Shown piece after piece: positions 9,103-17,706 of a stretch of DNA of 64,000 bases (position 1 is the first letter of the stretch; every line of letters begins with the position of its first letter). The stretch is from a virus (taxonomy: Duplodnaviria > Heunggongvirae > Uroviricota > Caudoviricetes), in IMG/VR virus record IMGVR_UViG_3300008107_000010; one strand, 5' to 3'. The position numbers and the translations under genes are program-made. The notes below the pieces were generated by a model that was not told the origin of the DNA, searched no databases, and saw nothing but the letters and a program-made list of their open reading frames with translations.

Positions 9103-10129
9103 AATTATTATTAAAAAAGTACTCCATAACTGAATCATCGGTTCTGGCTACTTTTCGACGGCTAATTAAATGCGGATTGTTTCTTAGTCGGTAATAAACT
9201 CCATACTGACAAAGACCAACTTCGCAGCCATAAGTTTTAAGATCGTTTTGTTCTTCTTGGAAAATTTTCTTACCATCAACGTAAACATTATGCGTGGATT
9301 CATGTAATGGAATGTCTCCAATTAGATCTTTGTAGTTTTCTCGGAACCAAATAACTCTATCGCCATAAGGAATATCACATCCTTCGCCAAACATAAGATC
9401 TAATGTATATCTAGCACCAGGACCAGGAACACAGAATCTTTCGTCATGGTTAATTGGAATTCTTGGATTTACAGAATTAGACGTTGAACAGTGATATCCG
9501 TAGTATTGTCCCACACCTTCAAGCGAGGAGATAATATCATACATCTCACTTAAAGATTTTACTTGGGCCATTCTACCTGTGATTCCTCGAGGTATAAAAG
9601 ATGCTACCCATAATAGAATATTGATTTTATGAGCATCTCTTGGTTGATTTCTTAACTGAGCAACATAATTATTCGCAGCACCAAAAAGACTTGTACGTAA
9701 TTCCGTACTTCCATAGATTGGTAAACCTAAAGAAACGGCATCTTCTAAATTTTTACGGATTTTATCTTCATATTCTCTATCAACTAAAAGTCTTTCAAAA
9801 TCAACTAAAGCTGTTTTAGGATTCGGGTCTCTTGTTAATACTTGGTGAATTCCACGAGCTCCATAGAAGTGAGAAATAATTGTGTTGCAAATAATATTAT
9901 CCATTGAGATTGGAGCATACACGATGTTCTCCATGATATATCTCATACGATCGTCTAGAGTAATTTGAGGATGGAAATATTCAACTGTTTCTCCAAGAGC
10001 ATCGTCTCCACCACTGTCGTAACTTTCAAGAACACCCATATTATAGAGTGCTCTTTCATTTACTTTATTAAAGAATCGTCCAACGTCTTTTACAACGTCC
10101 ATATTGACTTGTTCAATTATATTACTCAT
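9080..10129 (-). CDS. aGPT-Pplase1 / amino-acid:DNA-transferase-like DNA-modifying enzyme (HhH-glycosylase-like fold)
   Basis: Helix-hairpin-helix-like LEGVGQYYGY, FCVPGPGARYTL, late EVGLCQYGVY motif matching this family's E..LCE..KY pattern; divergent. Confidence 0.65.
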   Translation of the reverse strand: MSNIIEQVNMDVVKDVGRFFNKVNERALYNMGVLESYDSGGDDALGETVEYFHPQITLDDRMRYIMENIVYAPISMDNIICNTIISHFYGARGIHQVLTRDPNPKTALVDFERLLVDREYEDKIRKNLEDAVSLGLPIYGSTELRTSLFGAANNYVAQLRNQPRDAHKINILLWVASFIPRGITGRMAQVKSLSEMYDIISSLEGVGQYYGYHCSTSNSVNPRIPINHDERFCVPGPGARYTLDLMFGEGCDIPYGDRVIWFRENYKDLIGDIPLHESTHNVYVDGKKIFQEEQNDLKTYGCEVGLCQYGVYYRLRNNPHLISRRKVARTDDSVMEYFFNNNFEQNALF

Positions 10130-10138
10130 AATATTATT

Positions 10139-10810
10139 TTATTTTTTAAACCAACAATCATATCCAGCAGTTTTATTAAAAACTGTAAATGCATGTACAT
10201 GATTATGGTTTGGATATAATTCAACCAATCTTTCAATTGCAGGTTCAGCAAATCGTTTTACTTTACCCATATGAAGTTCAACAAATAAAACTTCTGGATG
10301 ATAGGCTTCAACAGCTTGTAAAATTTCGTATTCAGCTCCTTCAATATCGATTTTAATAATGTCTGGTCTATATTTGTCTAATAACTCCTGAATATTAAAA
10401 TTGTTTACTTCATCATAATCTGAAAATTGACTACGTTTCATAATTGAAGTAGAACAATGCGCTTGTTTACTTTTACCTTTATAGATTCTAAGAGTTGGGC
10501 ATGTTTGTCCAGAAACTGCACCGTGTATGATGTTTGCCTTTGGCTCATTTCTAAAACTATTCATCATTTTTTCATAGTTTCTAGAATCGCATTCAACCGT
10601 ATAAACAGCTTGAGCTCCACCATCAATTGCAATCTTTGTAAACCCTCCAATATTACCACCTAAATCTAAACATACTTTACCAGTATAATCAATTTCTGGT
10701 TTTATGTAATGTATAATGCAATCGGTAATCATGTTATTATCGACGCGTTCAGTTGCATTTAGGTACCTAAGGTAATGTTTCTTTAATCCTTTTTGGAAAT
10801 CATTTAACAT
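10139..10810 (-). CDS. FkbM-family SAM-dependent methyltransferase
   Basis: VCLDLGGNIGGF, VYTVE, IIKIDIEGAEYEIL. Confidence 0.85.
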   Translation of the reverse strand: MLNDFQKGLKKHYLRYLNATERVDNNMITDCIIHYIKPEIDYTGKVCLDLGGNIGGFTKIAIDGGAQAVYTVECDSRNYEKMMNSFRNEPKANIIHGAVSGQTCPTLRIYKGKSKQAHCSTSIMKRSQFSDYDEVNNFNIQELLDKYRPDIIKIDIEGAEYEILQAVEAYHPEVLFVELHMGKVKRFAEPAIERLVELYPNHNHVHAFTVFNKTAGYDCWFKK

Positions 10811-10818
10811 ATTTTATA

Positions 10819-11187
10819 TTATTTTTCTACTAAATTTGATACAATATGGACTATGTCAAGATCTGGATGTTCTTGTTTAATCACAGCAATTTGAACTTCA
10901 TCATCATCGAAAAAACGCTCAACAATAATTCCCTGTTCTGCCAATTCTCTAATTGTTTTTGCTTTATGTTTTCCAGAGAATACTCTAGCTTCAACACTAT
11001 GATTTCCTCTTTCAGCCAATGTCATTTGATTAAAATATACATTGGTTGAGATTCCCATTTCAGATAGTTTTTCAAAAACATAGGGTGCTTCTTCTTGACA
11101 ACGACCAGTAATAATAACATCGTCACTATATCTAGGACAAACACCAATTGATACTACACCATCAAAATCGTATGCAAATATTTTCAT
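10819..11187 (-). CDS. Small HAD-superfamily phosphatase
   Basis: Motif I YDFDGV, motif II IITGR, conserved K (HKAKTI), motif IV FFDDD. Start at MKIF; the longer track start lies inside the terminator hairpin. Confidence 0.8.
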   Translation of the reverse strand: MKIFAYDFDGVVSIGVCPRYSDDVIITGRCQEEAPYVFEKLSEMGISTNVYFNQMTLAERGNHSVEARVFSGKHKAKTIRELAEQGIIVERFFDDDEVQIAVIKQEHPDLDIVHIVSNLVEK

Positions 11188-11200
11188 TTCTTTCTTTTTT

Positions 11201-11231
11201 AAAAAAAGATGGAGAGCAAAACTCTCCATCT
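11201..11231 (-). terminator. Intrinsic terminator after ino1
   Basis: Perfect 10-bp stem AGATGGAGAG-TTTTG-CTCTCCATCT followed by a T-run on the minus strand. Confidence 0.85.
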
Positions 11232-11242
11232 ATTTGGATTAA

Positions 11243-12421
11243 TTAAGCCTTAACTTGTTTCTCTGTAACTTTAGTAAGTTTACGATTTGCTAAAGCTTCG
11301 CATTCTTGAACAGCGTCAACAAACATCATTTGTTGAGGCGGTGTCTTTTGAGTAAATGCAGATGGTCCACGAAGAGCACCAACAATTCCCATTTCTCTTG
11401 CAACTCTAACATAACGTAGAGCGTCAATTACAACTCCTGCGGAGTTTGGACTATCTTGTACAGATAGTTGAGCATCAAAAATAACCGGTGCTCCACCAAA
11501 TCCTTCAAGTTCTAAACGGAAGTTTGCAACTTTATTATCTCCATAGTAAGAGATATATTCAGAAGGACCAGCATGTAAGAATGAACCTTCGGTTGAGATT
11601 CCACGAATATCATTCTGAGCACGAATTACATTCTCTTTAGAAATCTTTTTAGATTTCAAACGAGATTTATCTTCCATATTCAAGAAGTCAGTATTACCAC
11701 CAACATTACGTTGAATATGTGCTCTTACTACGTGGCCTCTTTCGAATGCAAGTTCTTGTAACATTTGAGACAAGATAGATGCACCAAATTGAGAACGCAT
11801 ATCATCACCGATCAATGGAATTCCTGCGTCGATAAAACGTTTCTCCCATGCTGGATCAGATGCAATAAATACTGGAATACAGTTAACAAAAGAGATTCCA
11901 GTTTCTAGACAAATTTCTGCCCAAAATTCTGTTGCTGCTTGAGAACCTACTGGTAAGTAGTTAATCAATACCTCAACTTCATGTTCTTTTAATTGAGAGA
12001 TGATTTTGTCTTTCCACTGTCTGTCTTTTTTATCAGTCCATTCAGTACGATTAGTTTCAGTTGAATTTCTCAACTCTTCAGAAACCAAGAAACGATTTGT
12101 TTCTGGATATGCATCCATTAACAATGCGTAACCATCAATAACTGGTGCTTCATATACTGGAGCAGTAGAATCGATAGTTGGAACAATGTCCCATGCAGAG
12201 TTTGGACGCTGCTTCAATGCAACACCTAATGGTTGATTTACTTTACGTTCATCAATATCAAAAGCACAAACGAATTCAATATCTTTTGCACCATATCCAC
12301 CAATGTCGCTACGCATCATACCGTCGATGTTTGCTTCATTTTCGGTGTAGAATTGTACTCCTTCTACTAGAGACTTGGCACAATTTCCTGTACCAATAAT
12401 TGCAACTTTAATTTTACTCAT
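11243..12421 (-). CDS. ino1: Myo-inositol-1-phosphate (inositol-3-phosphate) synthase, bacterial type
   Basis: IIGTGNCAKSLVEG, AFDID..KV, NYLPVGS, NCIPVFIA, GDDMRSQFGA, NVGGNTDFLNM, RLKSKKISK, DSPNSAGVVIDA; all core motifs are intact. Confidence 0.96.
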   Translation of the reverse strand: MSKIKVAIIGTGNCAKSLVEGVQFYTENEANIDGMMRSDIGGYGAKDIEFVCAFDIDERKVNQPLGVALKQRPNSAWDIVPTIDSTAPVYEAPVIDGYALLMDAYPETNRFLVSEELRNSTETNRTEWTDKKDRQWKDKIISQLKEHEVEVLINYLPVGSQAATEFWAEICLETGISFVNCIPVFIASDPAWEKRFIDAGIPLIGDDMRSQFGASILSQMLQELAFERGHVVRAHIQRNVGGNTDFLNMEDKSRLKSKKISKENVIRAQNDIRGISTEGSFLHAGPSEYISYYGDNKVANFRLELEGFGGAPVIFDAQLSVQDSPNSAGVVIDALRYVRVAREMGIVGALRGPSAFTQKTPPQQMMFVDAVQECEALANRKLTKVTEKQVKA

Positions 12422-12444
12422 GATTTTTAGTAATTTGTTTTAAG

Positions 12445-12472
12445 TTATACTTATAATTTATAAAAGGTTTCA
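12445..12472 (-). promoter_or_regulatory. Putative phage promoter TGAAAC-N15-AGTATAA
   Basis: Copy of the repeated motif directly upstream of ino1. Confidence 0.55.
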
Positions 12473-13519
12473 AAATAGGCTAGTAACTTTTGGTTTAAGT
12501 TCTGGATTCTTTTTTCCGGTTTCAAAGTCATATTGATAATATTTCCTTGAAAGGTGCACCGATCCGGGTTTTTCCATATACATATCCGCATAGTCTTTAG
12601 GGCTAAGTTGATACCATTCGATTGGCCATTCGATTAATTCGTATCCGGCCTCACTTAGATATATACTCAGCTTTTGATTAAAAATTCGACAAATTTCTAA
12701 TCTTTTTTCTAAAGATCCATAAAAAGGTGTTCCTTTGTAGAATCCAGTTTTTGGAATTCTGCGTTCTTCATGATCGATTGGTAATAATTTGACTACACTA
12801 ATCTTTGGAATGTTTAAAGATTTTAAATGTTCAACATAATTCTTAACCAAATCTTCAGTTGCTTTAACCGGATCTGGTTGTCGGCATAAATGGTGTCGAA
12901 TATCAATATTACCAAAATACGTAATTAGGTGTTTAGTTCCTTCTGGAATATAGGTTGTCATACCTTCTTTAATAACTCCAAATAATGTTTTACCATCATT
13001 TCGACTGATATTTGAGCCTGGTACATAAACTGAAACCGAATGGCTATCACCTAACACAAATATATCAGACTTTAGAGTTGTATCTATTGTCTGAGTTTCT
13101 ACTGATTTTGTACTTAAAGTTTCAACATCAAGATTTTTCCAAATCTCAGTACATGCATTCATTCTGCTTTTAGCAAATGCTCCAATGTCTGGCATTTGTC
13201 TATTTAGACAATACACAGATCCTTTAAAATCTATTAGCCTTTGCATTCTAATTGCAGTTTCATCATTAGCACCGCCAAATAAATTGTAACTTCCTTGAAA
13301 TTCCATTGGTAAAGCTACTAACCAAACGTCATAGTTATGAACATTTGCATCTTTGGTTAAAACGGTAGCATCAATACCTAGACTCTTTAATTGTGACATT
13401 AATAAATATGTCCATGCTGATTTATGAGATTCTGGTTTTGAACTATAAGTAGTAACCACATCATCTATTGCAACTTTTTTACCAAGTAAAGAATCTTTTA
13501 TATCGTAGATGCTTATCAT
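12470..13519 (-). CDS. Two-domain protein: beta-glucosyltransferase-like N domain plus SGNH-like C domain
   Basis: N-half KVAI..YLL..LKSLG..V.NYD..YNLFGG..FKGSVYCL resembles the T4 BGT acceptor domain as recalled; C-half has LGDSHS, FGNIDIRHH and SVH; ends TSLF. Confidence 0.5.
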   Translation of the reverse strand: MISIYDIKDSLLGKKVAIDDVVTTYSSKPESHKSAWTYLLMSQLKSLGIDATVLTKDANVHNYDVWLVALPMEFQGSYNLFGGANDETAIRMQRLIDFKGSVYCLNRQMPDIGAFAKSRMNACTEIWKNLDVETLSTKSVETQTIDTTLKSDIFVLGDSHSVSVYVPGSNISRNDGKTLFGVIKEGMTTYIPEGTKHLITYFGNIDIRHHLCRQPDPVKATEDLVKNYVEHLKSLNIPKISVVKLLPIDHEERRIPKTGFYKGTPFYGSLEKRLEICRIFNQKLSIYLSEAGYELIEWPIEWYQLSPKDYADMYMEKPGSVHLSRKYYQYDFETGKKNPELKPKVTSLF

Positions 13520-13860
13520 TTTAAAAGCTTTTTAATAAGAGATGGTAAATATGTAAATGAAATAATAATGCCAAAACTAAACATTATTACGGCTAACTCT
13601 TTAGTCTGAGCATTAAATTGTTCATGCGACATCCATAGAGTGTTTGCTGTTAACCAACAAAGTATTGATATATTTTCCATCTTTTCGAAAAATCTATCAC
13701 TCCATTTAATTAATAGAACCGAGATTATGATTGTTGGAATTGCAAGTGTTAAACTTAAAACACCAAATCCCATCATCCACGCTAAATCTTTAAGAATCCA
13801 CATTGGAAAATGGATCACTTCTAAAACGTCTTTACTTCTTTGTTCCTTCGTTCTTTTCAT
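13516..13860 (-). CDS. Small integral membrane protein
   Basis: About four hydrophobic segments; H..MWILKDLAW and ENISILCWLTANTLWM resemble a bacterial membrane family; ATGA overlap with the downstream gene. Confidence 0.7.
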   Translation of the reverse strand: MKRTKEQRSKDVLEVIHFPMWILKDLAWMMGFGVLSLTLAIPTIIISVLLIKWSDRFFEKMENISILCWLTANTLWMSHEQFNAQTKELAVIMFSFGIIISFTYLPSLIKKLLK

Positions 13861-14113
13861 TAATATAATTTTCTAAACCTTGAATATACGCAACTGCATC
13901 AAGCAAATTATCTCGTTTGTGATTATAACTTTCACGCGAGAATTTAAGCGCTACTAGCGCCATAAACATTTCACGACCCGTAACATTAAGTCCGGTCATA
14001 CCATTAAAAATCATTGCTGCTCGATCCATGCCTTCTGAAAATGGACCATATTGGCGATCTGCTTCTTCTGAACGATTGTTGACAATCTTGTCTGCTTCTT
14101 CTAAAATACTCAT
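13832..14113 (-). CDS. DUF6378-like small helical protein (possible nucleotide pyrophosphohydrolase)
   Basis: ILEEA..IV..R...YG, MVALKFSR, HKRDNLLDAVAY. Confidence 0.7.
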   Translation of the reverse strand: MSILEEADKIVNNRSEEADRQYGPFSEGMDRAAMIFNGMTGLNVTGREMFMALVALKFSRESYNHKRDNLLDAVAYIQGLENYINEKNEGTKK

Positions 14114-14130
14114 ATTTGCTGCTTTAGAAC

Positions 14131-14158
14131 TTATATCTAAAACTACAAAAAAGTTTCG
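14131..14158 (-). promoter_or_regulatory. Putative phage promoter CGAAAC-N15-GATATAA
   Basis: Copy of the repeated motif at the head of the modification cluster. Confidence 0.55.
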
Positions 14159-14164
14159 AAAAAA

Positions 14165-14470
14165 TTATAGAGTTTGTAAACTAATTGATTCTAAATCCAT
14201 TGAATCAATTTCATCTAAGAGACTAGTGATTAGAGATGTCTCTTTAATTTTAAGTAATAAAAATAATTGCGAAGATACTAATTGTAGAACTGCATCATTT
14301 TCGTCTTTTCCGGTCATAATTGATGCAAACATGAAATTATTTACTAGAGCTTTGCAAGTTCTTAATTGCTTTAAAGTCTGGCATGAATCGATTGATTTAA
14401 TAATCTTTTCGATTGCCATAACTTCCCAATTTTTACCTCGGTTAGATCCTAATAAAAGTAATTCCATCAT
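14165..14470 (-). CDS. Hypothetical protein
   Basis: 101 aa ORF filling the gap; alternative start at 14419. Confidence 0.6.
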   Translation of the reverse strand: MMELLLLGSNRGKNWEVMAIEKIIKSIDSCQTLKQLRTCKALVNNFMFASIMTGKDENDAVLQLVSSQLFLLLKIKETSLITSLLDEIDSMDLESISLQTL

Positions 14471-14484
14471 AATATTTTATAGAT

Positions 14485-14940
14485 TTACTTTTGTTTGTTT
14501 AATTTTTCAAAAACAAACTGCTCGAATGTTTTTACCGGTTTTTCATTCTTTTCGGCTTCAGCCTCTCTTTTCTTACGCTTTTTCTTCTCTTCTTCGTATT
14601 CATCTTCTGCCCAACCTGCTCCCTTTGGAACATCTCCAGATCCATTTGCGCCAGTTCCTAAGTTTGGTAATTTAACTGCCCCCATACCAGCTCCTGGCAT
14701 GAATACGCTTTGAGGTCCTCCAATATTAGTAGCAAAACCTAGTGCTTCTTTAACTTTTTCTGGAAGATCCTCATGTGGCGTTGATGCAAAGTCTTTAAGT
14801 TGTTTCAATGTCATTCCATTGATTAAATCTTTAACTTTGTCTTGGTATTCTTTTGAAACATCAGAGATTAGCATATGACCGGCTTTAACAGCATACGCTA
14901 CTCCCATTAGTCTTTGTTGTGTTTTACTTGTGCTCGGCAT
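14485..14940 (-). CDS. Hypothetical protein with DUF3008-like N-terminus; probable virion protein
   Basis: MPSTSKTQQRLMGVAYAVKAG start; C-terminal VKTFEQFVFE motif. Confidence 0.65.
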   Translation of the reverse strand: MPSTSKTQQRLMGVAYAVKAGHMLISDVSKEYQDKVKDLINGMTLKQLKDFASTPHEDLPEKVKEALGFATNIGGPQSVFMPGAGMGAVKLPNLGTGANGSGDVPKGAGWAEDEYEEEKKKRKKREAEAEKNEKPVKTFEQFVFEKLNKQK

Positions 14941-14945
14941 AAAAA

Positions 14946-15491
14946 TTATTTAGCATCTATTGATAAGAAAACGCTGTTTCTAATTTCAATATTATTATAA
15001 CCAACTTGCTCGTCCTGATCACCGACGATTGTAGTAGCTGATACGAAGAGTGCAGTGTTTGTCATTCCACCAAGCTTACGATCAAATTTGCTAGCGTCAA
15101 CATCATCAGCAAAACCAATATTAATTACAAAATCACTTTTTAAACTAACAAAAAGTTCTGTACCTGTTGGTGTATTTAATCTATTAACAACATCAGCAAT
15201 CCATTGTGAATTTGATAAAGTTGCTGTAATATAAACTATAGCTTCTTTATCTTTTACAACTTTCATTACTTCTTGTTCAATGATTTTAGAACCATCGCGA
15301 TCTGCCCAGTATGACCAAATTTCATTTAGTTCAGCTAAAGTTGCATCAGCATCACCTTCATATTTAATCTTTTCTACTTCTTTCTTAAAGGCAAATAGAA
15401 CTTTTCCAATAATACCTTTAGCTCCGTAGATTCCAGTTAACTGGTATGCTTTTTCAGCAATAAAGTTTTCGTATAGCTTAATGTGTTTCAT
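14946..15491 (-). CDS. Probable head-internal protein
   Basis: N-terminus MKHIKLYENFIAE resembles the T4 capsid targeting sequence MKTYQEFIAE. Confidence 0.6.
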   Translation of the reverse strand: MKHIKLYENFIAEKAYQLTGIYGAKGIIGKVLFAFKKEVEKIKYEGDADATLAELNEIWSYWADRDGSKIIEQEVMKVVKDKEAIVYITATLSNSQWIADVVNRLNTPTGTELFVSLKSDFVINIGFADDVDASKFDRKLGGMTNTALFVSATTIVGDQDEQVGYNNIEIRNSVFLSIDAK

Positions 15492-15497
15492 ATCTTA

Positions 15498-16343
15498 TTA
15501 ATATTCGTTGGCACGACACCATTCAACGGCATCTTTAACTGTTTTTAGTTCTTGGTCATATCCACTTAAATCGTAAATTCCGAGAATAGTTTTGCCATCG
15601 TCATTTAAATAGAATGAAAATTGCTCTAGTTCTCCATCATGTCTAGGTGATTGCGCTTCTAATCCATTTTCAAATTTCACAACATGTGGAAACTCTTCAT
15701 CTGCATCATATCCCCAAGATAATGATTCTACGTTTTTAGCCTTAGATAATTCTTTAAACAATTTTACTAAAATTGCTGGTTTTTCTGGCTTAGAAGCTTC
15801 ATTAATAAAGTTTTCATTAGCAAAATCTGGTTTAACAATAACCCAATATGGGCCTCTGCTAGTACCAACAATTCTATTTTGATCAGTATCTAATGCTCCC
15901 ATTTTCACATCACCAATAACAGATTCTTTATTGTCTTTGATCCATTTTGAGCATGATGTTCCATTTTGAAATTCAATAACTGGATTTCCGTCAACAGTAA
16001 CATCAAGTACTTTATATTGTTTCCTAGCTTCATTAACTTTTGACTCATCCAAACCCGCTAAACCCAAATCACGTTCCAAGTCTTTTGAAGTATAATCAAA
16101 TGTAGATATAACTTCGTCTGCCGTTAAATCTTTCATTTCACCCCATGCTAAAATATAATCAAGCATTTTTTTAGCAGAAAACTCACGCGATTTAAATTTT
16201 CTGTAGCCAGCATACACCCATTTAATTTCTTCAGAAGTTTCTTCTGCAAATTCTTTTAATTTCTTAATGTCAGATGAAGAATAATATCCCTCATTAACTT
16301 TAGCTTCAAGAATGAAACTTTCAAATAGTTTTACGTATTTCAT
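15498..16343 (-). CDS. Probable head-internal protein
   Basis: Starts MKYVKLFESFILE; internal VNEG, VNEA and INEA sites. Start at 16343 avoids overlap with the upstream stop. Confidence 0.6.
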   Translation of the reverse strand: MKYVKLFESFILEAKVNEGYYSSSDIKKLKEFAEETSEEIKWVYAGYRKFKSREFSAKKMLDYILAWGEMKDLTADEVISTFDYTSKDLERDLGLAGLDESKVNEARKQYKVLDVTVDGNPVIEFQNGTSCSKWIKDNKESVIGDVKMGALDTDQNRIVGTSRGPYWVIVKPDFANENFINEASKPEKPAILVKLFKELSKAKNVESLSWGYDADEEFPHVVKFENGLEAQSPRHDGELEQFSFYLNDDGKTILGIYDLSGYDQELKTVKDAVEWCRANEY

Positions 16344-16345
16344 AT

Positions 16346-17674
16346 TTACCAAGCGTAATTTAAGTTGTCAATTTTCTTAATGTAATCTTGAAGATTTTTA
16401 GCATGTTGTTTCATACTACCTTCATAGTAAGATCCGGTATAACCAGCTGCTTTTTCTCTCTCTGCGTTAGTAACATCGCCACAATATCTGCCATACTCAT
16501 CTAGAATGTTTCTCATTAAGTTTGCAGCATCACTCATTCTAACTTCTCTTCCTTTTGGATCTGTTCCGATAATAGGTTCATCATATCTTCCCTTTAAACC
16601 TCTAGCTAAACCATCTTTGATTTGATCTGCGATAGTTTCAATTGCTTTAGATACAAGAGAATCTAATGGTAATTCAGCAGCTTTAGTAGCTAAAATTTCA
16701 TTATATCTTTTCAAGTTTTCAGCTTTGAAATCTTTGTCATTTTGGAATGCGATTGCTCCTTTTTTTGCAGCTGCTCTTTCGGATTGTATAGCTGCTGTAG
16801 AATATCTTGCTCTAAGAATTTCTAGGTCTAGACAATATGCTCTATCTGCAAGCTCAACAACTTGTTTTAAGCTTGAAATTCTAGAACCGTATGCAGAACT
16901 AGCAGAAGATTTTGCAATACCCGCTGAATCATCTCTTTTGGTTGTCTTTAAAATTCTATTGTTATTTCTGGCGCTATATCTACTTTGCCATTCAACATTC
17001 ATCCATTCATTTTGACCATCAGTGATAGCTAATAAACAGTTTGCTGGAATCGTTCTAGTTGACCAATCGTCTTGAGAATATGGATTCTCTTTTTCATTAG
17101 TTGTAAAATAGAAATATACAGCGCTTGCTCTTTTTTCTTTTTTAGCAGTTTCTGGATCCATTTCAATAATATCAATATCTTGAACTTTATCAAGTGCAAT
17201 TTTAGACATTGCATAGAATGCTTTTGGAAGATCTTTTGGCATTTTTGCGGCACCAAGTAAAATACTAGCAAGTTTTGCTGATGCAAATGCTTCATTTATA
17301 GTACCTTCATTTAAGTTCTCAACAAATTCTGAGAATGATTCAACTAATCTTTTCATTTCGAAACGAGGTTTATTTTGATTTTCTTTTTCTTGTTTAATCT
17401 GGTTATAAATTTTAAGACCATCTTTGCTTAAAGATATACCATCTTCGGAAACGTTGAAAAATCCAGCGTTTCTCTTTAGCCATCTTTTTTGGTCTTCTGA
17501 AACTTTAGAAAGAATAGCATTGAAATCTTCTTTAGAAATCTTACCATCTTTTACAGCTTCAATTACAGTATTTCGAATAGTAGCATGTTTTCCAACTGTC
17601 TTAGCTGGATGATTCTCAGTATACTGTCTTTTAATAGTAATTCTGGATTCATTTAAAAACTCTTCAAAATTCAT
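16346..17674 (-). CDS. Probable head-internal protein with two targeting-like motifs
   Basis: MNFEEFLNE at the start and a second MKRLVESFSEFVENLNE at codon 17356. Confidence 0.6.
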   Translation of the reverse strand: MNFEEFLNESRITIKRQYTENHPAKTVGKHATIRNTVIEAVKDGKISKEDFNAILSKVSEDQKRWLKRNAGFFNVSEDGISLSKDGLKIYNQIKQEKENQNKPRFEMKRLVESFSEFVENLNEGTINEAFASAKLASILLGAAKMPKDLPKAFYAMSKIALDKVQDIDIIEMDPETAKKEKRASAVYFYFTTNEKENPYSQDDWSTRTIPANCLLAITDGQNEWMNVEWQSRYSARNNNRILKTTKRDDSAGIAKSSASSAYGSRISSLKQVVELADRAYCLDLEILRARYSTAAIQSERAAAKKGAIAFQNDKDFKAENLKRYNEILATKAAELPLDSLVSKAIETIADQIKDGLARGLKGRYDEPIIGTDPKGREVRMSDAANLMRNILDEYGRYCGDVTNAEREKAAGYTGSYYEGSMKQHAKNLQDYIKKIDNLNYAW

Positions 17675-17706
17675 AATCTTTAGTATTTTTTATAAACTAT
17701 ATATCA

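Noticed and set aside
8641-11229. Longer track starts for the 8641 (9138) and 10819 (11229) ORFs
   Set aside because: The extensions overlap the upstream gene or the ino1 terminator; internal ATGs at 9069 and 11187 coincide with the first conserved motifs.
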